Of a stretch of DNA of 64,000 bases, positions 18,026 to 26,921 are shown piece by piece. The translations under genes and the position numbers were made by a program. Origin of the DNA: an uncultured Gammaproteobacteria bacterium (GTDB taxonomy: Bacteria > Patescibacteriota > Microgenomatia > PFEM01 > JAPLYW01); contig OZ246397.1 in assembly GCA_965230945.1 (NCBI GenBank), positions 239,701 to 303,700 on the forward strand, read 5' to 3'. Numbering within the stretch: position 1 is the first letter of the stretch; each line of letters begins with the position of its first letter. The notes under the pieces were generated by a model. The model had not been told where the DNA came from and did not search any database. It worked only from the letters and a program-made list of their open reading frames with translations.

Positions 18026-19051
18026 TTAATTAATTAAATCGTTTAATATTCGCCATCTCCTTTTTTTCTCAGAAGGAGAAACATTATCTTTTAAACGATA
18101 AGCACTTGTCCCAGGACGTGGTGAATATTTAGAAATAAAAGCTCTATCAAAACCAATTTCCCGACAAAGTTTAAGCGTATTCTTAAATTGTTTTTCACTT
18201 TCTCCTGGAAAACCAACAATAATATCTGTGCCAATCTTTATATCGGGAATCTTTTCCCTAATTTTTCTAACCAAAGCAAGATATTCTTTAGTTTTATAAT
18301 GACGATTCATCTTCTTCAAAATCTCATCATCTCCTGACTGCACCGGTAAATGTAAATAACGATCAATCTTAGATAAGCTCATGGCTTCAATGATCTCATC
18401 ACTTAAATCCCAAGGATTAGATGTCAAAAAGGAAATCTTCTCAATTCCTTTAATCTTATGAACTTCTTTAAGTAAATTAGCAAAAGACTTTCCTGTTTTA
18501 TCTTCACCATAAGAATTAACATTTTGACCTAATAAAACAATTTCTTTACAACCCTCTTTAGCTAATCTCTCCACCTCACAAACAATCTCATTTAATACTA
18601 AACTTTCTTCCTTTCCTCGCCCATAAGGAACAACACAGTAAGAACAAAAATTATTACACCCTCTCATAATCGGCACTAGAGCAGAAGTTTTCTTCTTTCT
18701 TTTGGGAGGAAGAGAATTAATCAATTCCTTAATAAGCTTAAATTCATCAACTTCAGGCAATTTCTTTTTTAATTCCGCCAAACTATAACGACGTCTTTCT
18801 TCTCTGGCAGAACCAACCATACAGCCAGTTAAAATAATATGAGGGGGTTTCTTTAACTTATTTAAATTATTAACCAAGCCAAAAACACGATTTTCTGCTG
18901 ATTCTCGCACCGAACAACTATTAATAATCACCAAATCAGCCGATTCTATCTTAGAAGCCAACAAATATCCTTTCTTTTCCAAAACAGCAACTATCTTCTC
19001 TGAATCTGCCTCATTCATCTGACAACCAAAAGTCTTAATAAAATATTTCAT
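18026..19051 (-). CDS. MiaB/RimO-family radical-SAM methylthiotransferase, short form without TRAM domain
   Basis: MTTase N-domain (FGCQMNEADSE) and radical SAM CxxxCxxC (CNNFCSYCVVPYGRG); 341 aa versus the usual ~440. Confidence 0.75.
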   Translation of the reverse strand: MKYFIKTFGCQMNEADSEKIVAVLEKKGYLLASKIESADLVIINSCSVRESAENRVFGLVNNLNKLKKPPHIILTGCMVGSAREERRRYSLAELKKKLPEVDEFKLIKELINSLPPKRKKKTSALVPIMRGCNNFCSYCVVPYGRGKEESLVLNEIVCEVERLAKEGCKEIVLLGQNVNSYGEDKTGKSFANLLKEVHKIKGIEKISFLTSNPWDLSDEIIEAMSLSKIDRYLHLPVQSGDDEILKKMNRHYKTKEYLALVRKIREKIPDIKIGTDIIVGFPGESEKQFKNTLKLCREIGFDRAFISKYSPRPGTSAYRLKDNVSPSEKKRRWRILNDLIN

Positions 19052-19094
19052 AGCCTATATTTTAACCTATTTTTGAAGCTAAAGTAAGGAGAAA

Positions 19095-19157
19095 ATGAAA
19101 ATTGATAAATATATTAAAGAATATATGCATAAGTTTGTCTATTTTCTGTTAAAATAG
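19095..19157 (+). CDS. Possible 20-aa upstream ORF/leader peptide before nadE
   Basis: AAGGAG SD with 5-nt spacing to the ATG. Protein MKIDKYIKEYMHKFVYFLLK; the stop lies 5 nt before the nadE ATG. Speculative. Confidence 0.25.
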   Translation: MKIDKYIKEYMHKFVYFLLK

Positions 19158-19161
19158 AGGC

Positions 19162-20112
19162 ATGCAAAAAAGTTCTCTTAAGTATAATTGTGATTGGCTA
19201 AAAAATCAGCTCAAAATTAACTCTCCCCAAATAGCCTCCCGGCTAGAAAATTTTATCAAGGAATACACAAAAAAGTTAGAAAGAGAAGGCATTGTTTTAG
19301 GTCTTTCCGGAGGCATCGATTCGGCAGTAGTCGCCGCTTTATGCACCAAAGCTGTAGGCCCAGAAAAAGTCTTGGCTTTAATTCTCCCCGATAAAGACTC
19401 AAGAAAAGAACATCTAAAAGACGCCCTAAAACTTGCCAATCAATTAAAAATTCAAAAAAAAATAATTAATATTACCTCTTTGGTTAAAAAATTCGGTGCT
19501 CATAAACTTTTCTTTTTAAACAAATTTCCTCTCCCAAAAAAATTAAAAGGAAACTTAATCAAAAAATTTTATCACTTTTATGAAAAAAAATCGGGCTACA
19601 CCCCTTTTTCTGACTCGCTTTTAGGATTTAAGGACAAAAATTACTCTTCTTGGTTGAAAAGAGGTAATGCTTACTACCGAATAAAACACCGTATAAGAAT
19701 GACTCTTTTATATCTTTATGCTGAGCAAGAAAACCGATTAGTAGTGGGGGCAACCAATAAAACAGAATCCAAGATCGGTTTTTTTGTTAAACATGGCTGC
19801 GATGATGCGGCTGATATCATGCCTCTTTTGGGTCTTTATAAAACGCAAGTCAAACAATTAGCTTCATTTTTAAAAATTCCTAAAGAAATCATCAATAAAC
19901 CTCCTTCCCCAGATATTATCCCAGGGATTGTAGATGAAGAAGCGATTGGCATAACCTACGAAAAACTCGATTTTATTTTAAAAAGTTTAGAGTTAACTTG
20001 GCCAGAAAGTAAAATTGCAACAATTTTAAAAATAAAGAAAAATGAAGTAGAAAAAGTGAGGAAATTAAAAGAAAAATCAGAACATATGCGTCGAGTATTT
20101 ACTCCAGTTTAA
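19162..20112 (+). CDS. nadE: NH3-dependent NAD+ synthetase
   Basis: PP-loop SGGIDSAVVAALC and the NAD synthase family core. Confidence 0.85.
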   Translation: MQKSSLKYNCDWLKNQLKINSPQIASRLENFIKEYTKKLEREGIVLGLSGGIDSAVVAALCTKAVGPEKVLALILPDKDSRKEHLKDALKLANQLKIQKKIINITSLVKKFGAHKLFFLNKFPLPKKLKGNLIKKFYHFYEKKSGYTPFSDSLLGFKDKNYSSWLKRGNAYYRIKHRIRMTLLYLYAEQENRLVVGATNKTESKIGFFVKHGCDDAADIMPLLGLYKTQVKQLASFLKIPKEIINKPPSPDIIPGIVDEEAIGITYEKLDFILKSLELTWPESKIATILKIKKNEVEKVRKLKEKSEHMRRVFTPV

Positions 20113-20179
20113 TTAAATCGCAAGGAACATCAATGCCTATATTATAAGCCTAAATTATGCTCATTTAGAGTATAACAGA

Positions 20180-20452
20180 TTAACGAACAGCTTTCTTTAG
20201 AGGTTTGCCTGCAGAAAAACGAGGAGCACGATGGCTTTTAACAAGCCTTTTCTCACCACTTCCAGGGATAACAACCGATTTATCCTTAACCCTAACTACC
20301 TTAAATGTTCCAAAGCCTGATAAAACAACTTTCTCTCCTTTGGCTAAAGCTCTAGAGATCTCAGCTAAAAAAACTTCAACTAGTTCTTCGGCAGCCTTTT
20401 TAGTGGAATGAGCCTTACTGGCTACAAGGCTAATAAGATCCTTCTTAGTCAT
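20180..20452 (-). CDS. hup: HU family DNA-binding protein
   Basis: MTKKDLISLVA...GFGTFKV...R.PRF..GK matches HU/IHF. Start taken at the MTKKD Met, an internal Met of the track ORF. Confidence 0.85.
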   Translation of the reverse strand: MTKKDLISLVASKAHSTKKAAEELVEVFLAEISRALAKGEKVVLSGFGTFKVVRVKDKSVVIPGSGEKRLVKSHRAPRFSAGKPLKKAVR

Positions 20453-20490
20453 AGAAGCAATTCTACTACAAAGATAAACCCTTGTCAAAG

Positions 20491-21891
20491 CTATTTGGCT
20501 TTGGTGACATCACTCTTGCGGACTTCCCTGATACAGGTAACCTTTATCTGTCCGGCATAAGAGGCCTTTTCTTCTAAAGCTTTGGTAATTTTATCGGCTA
20601 AGACTACTAACTCATCATCAGAAACTTCTTCTGGCTTTACCATTACCCTGACGTCCCTTCCGGCTTGATAAGCAAAGACTTCCTTAATTCCTGGAAACTG
20701 ACCAGCTATCTCCTCTATCTGAGACATATGTTCCACGTATTCCTCATGAGGTTCATACCTGGCTCCAGGCCTTGAACCTGAAGCAGCATCAGCAATCCAA
20801 ACAACTCTTGATTCTGCTGAAGAAAAAGGCTTGTCTTCATGATGCTCAGCAATACAAGCTACCACTTTTTCAGGCAGTCTGTATTTCCTGGCTAAATCAA
20901 CACCTAGTTGTACATGGGTACCTTCTTCTTCATTGACCACTTTACCAATATCATGAAGTAAACAACCTAAACGAACAATGTTTACATCAGCTCCCACTTC
21001 ATGGGCAATCTGAAGACCAATTTTAGTTTCCTCTAAGGTATGAATAATCATGTTTTGTCCATAAGAAAAGCGGAATTTAAAGCGGCCTAAAAGTTTTATT
21101 AATTCTGGATGGAGCCTGTAAACCTTAACCGCATGACAAAGCTTTTCTCCTTCTTCAAACATAATCTTTTCGACTTCCTTTTTGGTTTTTTCCACCACCT
21201 CTTCAATCCTTGACGGTTGAATACGTCTATCCTTAACTAATTTCTCAATAGAACGGCGGGCAATCTCTCTTCTTATTGAGTCAAATGAAGAAAGACGAAT
21301 GTCATTGGTCTCATCAATTTCAATCTCTACCCCGGTAGCTCTTTCAAAAGTACGGATATTCCTTCCTTCCCGACCAATAATTCTTCCCTTCATATCCTCA
21401 TCAGTAAGGTGAACACTAGAAACGGCGTATTCGGCCACCCAATCAGTTACTCCATGCTGGATGGACTCTACAAACATCTCTTTAGCTTTCTCATCAACCC
21501 TAGCTTTAATTTCATCTTTGGCCTCTTTTATCTTACGGGCAATATCTTCGGCAATTCTTTTTTCGATGGCTGATAAAATCAAATCACGAGCTTCTTTTTT
21601 AGTTAAAGCAGAAATCTTCTCTAGCTTATTAACTTCTTTCTTCCTAACCTCCTCAACTTCTTCTTTAAGTCTATCTAATTCTCCTTCTTTGTTCTTAAGA
21701 AGCTTTTCTCTTTCATCAAGAGCACCTTCTTTCCTTTCTAATTCTGTAATTTTAAAAGCCAGCTCTTTGGCTAATAATTTTTCAGAAGACTCTTTGGCCT
21801 TTTTACCGGCAGTTTTTCTTCCACCTTTTTTACTTTTTTCCTCTTCTTCTTTACTGATAACTTTGCTTAATAAAGTGTCAAAAATTCCCAT
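20491..21891 (-). CDS. rny: Ribonuclease Y
   Basis: N-terminal coiled coil, KH domain (GREGRNIR) and HD domain (LLHDIGK). Confidence 0.9.
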   Translation of the reverse strand: MGIFDTLLSKVISKEEEEKSKKGGRKTAGKKAKESSEKLLAKELAFKITELERKEGALDEREKLLKNKEGELDRLKEEVEEVRKKEVNKLEKISALTKKEARDLILSAIEKRIAEDIARKIKEAKDEIKARVDEKAKEMFVESIQHGVTDWVAEYAVSSVHLTDEDMKGRIIGREGRNIRTFERATGVEIEIDETNDIRLSSFDSIRREIARRSIEKLVKDRRIQPSRIEEVVEKTKKEVEKIMFEEGEKLCHAVKVYRLHPELIKLLGRFKFRFSYGQNMIIHTLEETKIGLQIAHEVGADVNIVRLGCLLHDIGKVVNEEEGTHVQLGVDLARKYRLPEKVVACIAEHHEDKPFSSAESRVVWIADAASGSRPGARYEPHEEYVEHMSQIEEIAGQFPGIKEVFAYQAGRDVRVMVKPEEVSDDELVVLADKITKALEEKASYAGQIKVTCIREVRKSDVTKAK

Positions 21892-22063
21892 AATAATATC
21901 CCTTTTTTAATATAAATAATATTTCTTAATGTCTGAGAAAATAATACAAAAACAGAAAGATTAAAGAATCTTTATCAGTAGATTATTGTGGATAACTATT
22001 TCTTTTTTCATCTATTAATAAACCAATATTTTTCAGACACTAAGGTTATTAACAACTATCATT

Positions 22064-22546
22064 TTACTGCTTTTTTAAAGTTTCATCAAGTACTCTTTTA
22101 ATCACCTCATAAGAAAAACCTCTTCTCAGTAAAAAATCATTCATCTTTTTCCTCTCTTTTAAAGGAGACAAGTCTTGTAAAGATTTACTTTTCTTCTTTA
22201 ATGCTTTTCTGGCTAAAGGCAGTTCATCAATATTCCCCTTAACCATCTCATCAATTAATTCTTTATCAATTCCTTTTTGCAACAACTCTAAAACCAGCAG
22301 TCTTTCCCCGCGTGGCCGAAAACTAGCCCTTTGCTCCAACCACCAGCTAACAAACTCTTTATCGCCAACTAAGCCTAAAGATTTTAATTCAATCAAAACA
22401 ACCCCACACAACTGACTATTTTTAGGATTTTTTTTATAAAGATAGTCTTTTATTTCTTTCTCACTGCGGGGGCGAAAGGAGATAAATCTAATTGCCTTAT
22501 CTAAAAGCTTTTGAAGTTTAACTATTGCTTTTTTGCTTTCTTCCAA
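22064..22546 (-). CDS. recX: Regulatory protein RecX
   Basis: RecX family helical repeats, 160 aa, immediately downstream of recA on the minus strand and overlapping its 3' end. Confidence 0.8.
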   Translation of the reverse strand: MEESKKAIVKLQKLLDKAIRFISFRPRSEKEIKDYLYKKNPKNSQLCGVVLIELKSLGLVGDKEFVSWWLEQRASFRPRGERLLVLELLQKGIDKELIDEMVKGNIDELPLARKALKKKSKSLQDLSPLKERKKMNDFLLRRGFSYEVIKRVLDETLKKQ

Positions 22547-23520
22547 ATTTCTGCCTCAAGTTGTTTAGTTAACTTAGGATTCTCATCTAGAAACATCCTC
22601 GCGGCCTCCTTGCCTTGACAAGTCATCTGCTTACCATATTTATAAAAAGCTCCGGATTTCTCAACGATTCCTAAGTTAACGGCCACGTTTAAAATGTCAG
22701 CGTTCTTAGAAATACCAGCATTATTTAAAATATCAAACTCTGCTTCCCTAAAAGGCGGCGCCATCTTGTTTTTCTTAACCCTAACTCGATGACGAGAACC
22801 AATGGCCAATTCTCCTTCTTTGATAGTTTCTATCTTTCTTATATCCAGTCTCATTGAAGAATAAAATTTTAAGGCTAAACCACCAGGAGTCGTTTCTGGG
22901 TTACCAAACATAACTCCAATTTTATGACGCAACTGATTAGTAAAAATAACGGCTGTTTTTGATTTAGAAATGGCGGCTGTTAATTTCCGTAAAGCCTGAG
23001 ACATTAACCTTGCTTGAACTCCAATCATGGCATCACCCATTTCGCCTTCAATCTCAGCCCGAGGAACCAAGGCAGCTACAGAATCAATAACAACTAAATC
23101 AATACCTCCAGATCTAACCAAGGTCTCAACAATCTCTAGAGCTTGCTCTCCAGTATCTGGCTGGGAAATTAAAAGCTCATCTAGATTAACCCCTAGGACT
23201 TCTGCCCAAGTGGGATCTAAAGCATGCTCAGCATCAACAAAAGCAGCCACTCCGCCTGCCTTTTGTGTCTGAGCAATAGCACTTAAAGACAAAGAAGTTT
23301 TTCCAGAAGCTTCTGGACCAAAAATTTCAATAACTCGACCTCGAGGAAAACCACCAATACCTAAAGCAATATCTAAAGAAATAGCACCTGTAGGAATAAT
23401 ATCAACTTTTCTAACAGCCGCTTTTTCACCCAGCCTCATAATAGAACCTTTACCGTATTGTTTTTCAATTTGCTCCATGGCCATTTTCACTGCCTGAAGT
23501 TTAGGATCTTGTTGACTCAT
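22522..23520 (-). CDS. recA: Recombinase RecA
   Basis: Walker [10 protein letters not shown]1/L2 loops, highly conserved RecA sequence. Confidence 0.95.
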   Translation of the reverse strand: MSQQDPKLQAVKMAMEQIEKQYGKGSIMRLGEKAAVRKVDIIPTGAISLDIALGIGGFPRGRVIEIFGPEASGKTSLSLSAIAQTQKAGGVAAFVDAEHALDPTWAEVLGVNLDELLISQPDTGEQALEIVETLVRSGGIDLVVIDSVAALVPRAEIEGEMGDAMIGVQARLMSQALRKLTAAISKSKTAVIFTNQLRHKIGVMFGNPETTPGGLALKFYSSMRLDIRKIETIKEGELAIGSRHRVRVKKNKMAPPFREAEFDILNNAGISKNADILNVAVNLGIVEKSGAFYKYGKQMTCQGKEAARMFLDENPKLTKQLEAEIWKKAKKQ

Positions 23521-23575
23521 AACAATATAATTTTGTCATAAAGTCTGCTAAAATACAATATATAAATAAGCACAA

Positions 23576-23648
23576 CGGGATGTGGCGCAGTTGGTAGCGC
23601 GCGCTCGTGGGGCGGGCGAGGTCCCGGGTTCGAATCCCGGCATCCCGA
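23576..23648 (+). tRNA. tRNA-Pro (anticodon GGG), CCA not encoded
   Basis: Cloverleaf by hand. Acceptor CGGGATG/CATCCCG with C1-G72 and A73 (tRNA-Pro identity elements). D-stem GCGC/GCGC, anticodon loop gUGGGgc, T-arm CCGGG-TTCGAAT-CCCGG. Confidence 0.85.
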
Positions 23649-23676
23649 CTAATCTAAACATTTTAATTTTTACTTC

Positions 23677-23706
23677 TTGCAATCTTCGGGTTTTATTCAG
23701 TAAAAT
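23677..23706 (+). promoter_or_regulatory. Sigma70-like promoter TTGCAA-18-TAAAAT ending 6 nt before the ATG (leaderless transcript likely)
   Basis: TTGCAA at 23677-23682, TAAAAT at 23701-23706, ATG at 23713; no SD. Confidence 0.45.
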
Positions 23707-23712
23707 TAACTT

Positions 23713-24564
23713 ATGTCATTAATTGAAATAAGTTGTTCATTTTGCAACAAAAAATATCTAAGACCAAGCGGAAGAGTAAATGAGGCTAAAAAATTCAACT
23801 GGAGACACTACTGTTCTCCGAAATGTCTAAGTTTAGGCAGAAACAAACAAAAAACTTTTAAATGTGGCAATCCAAAATGTCATAAAACTTTTAAAAGAAT
23901 ACCTAGTGAAATTCCTTTCTCAGGAATTTGTTTTTGTTCAAGATCATGTAGGGCTATTATTAATAATTCAAAATCTCCTAAAAGGCGTCCTAAAATAAGA
24001 ATATGCCCTTATTGTGGAAAACAGTTTACCGGTAAAAGAAAATACTGTTCAAGATTATGCCAACCTAAACCTCCAAAAGTACCTGAAAAACAAATAATTA
24101 AAGAAATAGAAGAATTCTATAAAAACAACGGGAGAATTCCAGTTAAAAGAGAATATTGTCATTACAAAGCAGCCAGATCACGTTTTGGAACATGGAATAA
24201 AGCTATAAAAAAAGCTGGTTTCTGCCCAAATCCAGTTTTATTTGCTAAAAAGCATATTGCTAATGATGGCCATAAATGTGATTCACTCTCAGAAAAAATA
24301 ATTGATGATTGGTTAACAGCAAGAAAAATACCTCATCAAAAAAATGTTTTTTATCCAAATTCTAAATATACGGTTGATTTCAAAGTAAATGAGATCTTTA
24401 TTGAATTTTTTGGTTTGTATGGCGATTTTAAAAAATATGACAAACAAGTACAGAAGAAAATAAACTTCACTAAAAATAATCATTTAAAACTTATCTCTAT
24501 TTATCCAAAAGATTTGTTCCCAAAACCTCGACTTAATTATGTTTTATATGATTTAATTAAATAG
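23713..24564 (+). CDS. Multi-zinc-ribbon (TRASH/FCS-like) + homing-endonuclease-associated repeat (HEAR) + C-terminal Vsr/DUF559-like restriction-endonuclease-fold protein
   Basis: Three Cys4 modules (CSFC-x22-CSPKC; CGNPKC...CFCSRSC; CPYC-x10-YCSRLC). HEAR consensus EFYKNNGRIPVKREY...SRFGTWNKAIKKAGF. C-terminal VDFKVNEIFIEFFG...D..V...I fits the Vsr/DUF559 fold. GC noticeably lower than neighbouring genes. Confidence 0.55.
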   Translation: MSLIEISCSFCNKKYLRPSGRVNEAKKFNWRHYCSPKCLSLGRNKQKTFKCGNPKCHKTFKRIPSEIPFSGICFCSRSCRAIINNSKSPKRRPKIRICPYCGKQFTGKRKYCSRLCQPKPPKVPEKQIIKEIEEFYKNNGRIPVKREYCHYKAARSRFGTWNKAIKKAGFCPNPVLFAKKHIANDGHKCDSLSEKIIDDWLTARKIPHQKNVFYPNSKYTVDFKVNEIFIEFFGLYGDFKKYDKQVQKKINFTKNNHLKLISIYPKDLFPKPRLNYVLYDLIK

Positions 24565-24570
24565 AGTAAC

Positions 24571-25539
24571 ATGAAGCTTGATAAGAAAGAAACTTTTTCA
24601 CTTTATCCCACCCCCCTTCATTTTGATGGAACTTTTTATAAACCGGGACATTTCCCAACTAGCGATACAAAATGGAAATCAGGCAAGAGATGGCAAACAA
24701 TGTTATGGGAGAGAGAAAAGTTGGGACTAATATTCGAAGATAAGGGCACTAAACATAAACCAAAAGTAGTCGTAAAGCTTTTTTCTTCCAAGAATTTAAC
24801 ACCAAAATTTTTAGATTCATTCAGACAGGAAATTATCTGGCGATATAATCTCAATCTCGATCTTTCTGGATTTTATCATGATGTTGGTAAAGATTCTTTA
24901 TTAAAACCAATCATTAGAAAGTTTCGGGGTCTGCGACCTATGCACTCGGGTTCACTTTACGAGTATTTGATTATCGCTATTGTTTTACAAAACGCCACTG
25001 TCAGAAGAAGCGTAAATATGATGCAATCCCTTTTTGAAAATTATGGAAGCTTGCTGGAATTTGATAATCAGAAATTTTGGTGTTTTTGGGAACCAGAGAC
25101 ACTGGCGGGAACCAAAGAACAGAGCTTACGAGATTTAAAGATGGGTTATCGAGCAAAATCTTTAATTAAAGTTTCAGAACCGTTTGCAGAAGGGAAAATT
25201 GACGAATTGGAGTTAAGACAAAAAAACACAGAAGAACAAAAGGAAACTCTTGTATCTCTTTACGGAATTGGCCCTGCCTCGGTTGGTTATATTATGTTTG
25301 ATGTTTTCCATCGCTGGGATTATTTGGATCATATCTCGCCTTGGGAACAAAAGATTTACACCAAAATTTTTTTCAATAAAGATTATGAAAAAAACTTAGT
25401 GCCGGTTAATAAAATGCTTAAACATTTTGATAAATGGGGAAGGTGGAAAAATCTGGCGGTTCATTATGTTTGGGAAGACATCTGGTGGAAAAGAAAAAAT
25501 GAACATATTCCGTGGTTAGAAAAAGAAATCAGGATTTAA
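24571..25539 (+). CDS. HhH-GPD superfamily DNA glycosylase, AlkA/OGG-like with N-terminal beta-sandwich domain
   Basis: FYHDV...LLKPIIRKFRGLRP...LYEYLIIAIVLQNATV...LYGIGPASVGYIMFDVF follows the AlkA/Ogg pattern (helix-hairpin-helix followed by Asp). 6-nt gap from the upstream gene. Confidence 0.65.
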   Translation: MKLDKKETFSLYPTPLHFDGTFYKPGHFPTSDTKWKSGKRWQTMLWEREKLGLIFEDKGTKHKPKVVVKLFSSKNLTPKFLDSFRQEIIWRYNLNLDLSGFYHDVGKDSLLKPIIRKFRGLRPMHSGSLYEYLIIAIVLQNATVRRSVNMMQSLFENYGSLLEFDNQKFWCFWEPETLAGTKEQSLRDLKMGYRAKSLIKVSEPFAEGKIDELELRQKNTEEQKETLVSLYGIGPASVGYIMFDVFHRWDYLDHISPWEQKIYTKIFFNKDYEKNLVPVNKMLKHFDKWGRWKNLAVHYVWEDIWWKRKNEHIPWLEKEIRI

Positions 25540-25608
25540 TTTTAAGCGACAATCTGATAAATTAAAAAATGATAGTACTAAAATTGGATTAAAAACAAAG
25601 TGTAAAGA

Positions 25609-26043
25609 CTAACGCTTCGGAGACTGCTTCTTTGCTCTAGCTTTACCACCCTGACCAACTTTTCTTCTTTCTTTAGCCCTTGGGTCCCTGGTAAGAAGTC
25701 CGTGTTTCTTGAGAATCACATGATAGGTTTCTTTATTCTCTTTGTCTAAAGCTCTGGAAAATGCATGAATAACAGCCCCTAGCTGAGCATTTTTTCCTGA
25801 ACCTTTTACTTTTATGGTCGCGTAATATTTACCTAAAGTATCTGTAACCTTAAAAGGTTCTAGATAAAAATATTCAGCTTCTTTTCCTGGAAAGTATTCT
25901 TCAATGGGCTTGCTATTAACAACCATTTTGCCCTTGCCCTTAAACAGCCTCAATCTGGCTACGGCTGTTTTTCTTCTTCCCAAAGCATGGATGAATTTTT
26001 TCTTACTCTTCTTTACTTTAGTTGCTTTTTCTTTTTTCTTCAT
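25609..26043 (-). CDS. rpsI: 30S ribosomal protein S9
   Basis: GGGKSGQ-like core and C-terminal LLTRDPRAKERRKVG... Confidence 0.9.
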   Translation of the reverse strand: MKKKEKATKVKKSKKKFIHALGRRKTAVARLRLFKGKGKMVVNSKPIEEYFPGKEAEYFYLEPFKVTDTLGKYYATIKVKGSGKNAQLGAVIHAFSRALDKENKETYHVILKKHGLLTRDPRAKERRKVGQGGKARAKKQSPKR

Positions 26044-26483
26044 TTTTTATCTTTTTCTTTCTTTGTCTTAAATTTATCTTCATATGTATGTTTATCATCT
26101 TTAAAGATTTTTAATCTGGCCATTCTTTTATCTCTTAATTTATTTTTAGGCAACATGCCAAAGACGGCATGCTGAATAATCTTCCTTGGATCTTTATTCA
26201 TCTGCTCTTCAAAAGTAACTTCTCTAAAGCCTCCTGGATATCCTGAATGACGATAATAAACCTTCTTTTTAAACTTGTTCCCGCTTACCTTAACTTTTTT
26301 GGCGTTAATGACAACTACATGATCGCCACAATCAAGATAGTTGACAAAATAAGGCTTGTTTTTACCCATTAAAAGACCAGCAATCTTAACCGCTGATCTG
26401 CCTAAAATCTGATTTTTGACATCAAACAAATGCCATTCTCTCTGGATCTCTTTTGCTTTGGTTGCTTTAGTTTTGAAAGTCAT
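26040..26483 (-). CDS. rplM: 50S ribosomal protein L13
   Basis: WHLFDVKNQILGR...AGLLMGKNKP signature. Confidence 0.9.
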   Translation of the reverse strand: MTFKTKATKAKEIQREWHLFDVKNQILGRSAVKIAGLLMGKNKPYFVNYLDCGDHVVVINAKKVKVSGNKFKKKVYYRHSGYPGGFREVTFEEQMNKDPRKIIQHAVFGMLPKNKLRDKRMARLKIFKDDKHTYEDKFKTKKEKDKK

Positions 26484-26486
26484 CTT

Positions 26487-26921
26487 TTACCTTTTAGCAG
26501 ATTCTTTAGTTGTTGTTTTCTTTCGGGGAGTTTCTTTTCCTTCCTTTTTTACTTCTTTTGCTTTTGGCTTCTCCACTAGCTCTATTTTTACCATTAAAGC
26601 ATCATCACCTCTTCGCCTGCCAATCTTTGTAATTTTGGTGAAACCGCTCTTCCTGTTTTTAAATAGAGGTGCCAGCTCATCAACGATTTTATTAACCGCC
26701 TTTTTGTTTTGCAGAAAAGCCGCAATTAGACGCCTGGCATGAAGAGTTTGTTTCTTACCTTTACTGATTAATTTATCAGTCAGCCCTTTTATGGACTTAG
26801 CCTTACTTTCGGTAGTCTTAATCTCGCCATGAAGGACAAGACTGTTAATTAAGCCCTTAAAAAGGGCTTTCCTTTGAGCTAAGTTCCTGGAAAGCTTTCT
26901 GCCTTTAACCCTATGCCTCAT
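26487..26921 (-). CDS. rplQ: 50S ribosomal protein L17
   Basis: MRHRVKGRKLSRN...; start taken at MRHR (the track ORF begins 7 codons earlier). Confidence 0.9.
   Translation of the reverse strand: MRHRVKGRKLSRNLAQRKALFKGLINSLVLHGEIKTTESKAKSIKGLTDKLISKGKKQTLHARRLIAAFLQNKKAVNKIVDELAPLFKNRKSGFTKITKIGRRRGDDALMVKIELVEKPKAKEVKKEGKETPRKKTTTKESAKR

Noticed and set aside
21986-21996. Perfect DnaA-box consensus (TTATCCACA, minus orientation) in the rny-recX intergenic region.
   Set aside because: Only a single box was seen with no AT-rich DUE or dnaA nearby, so it is insufficient to call an origin.
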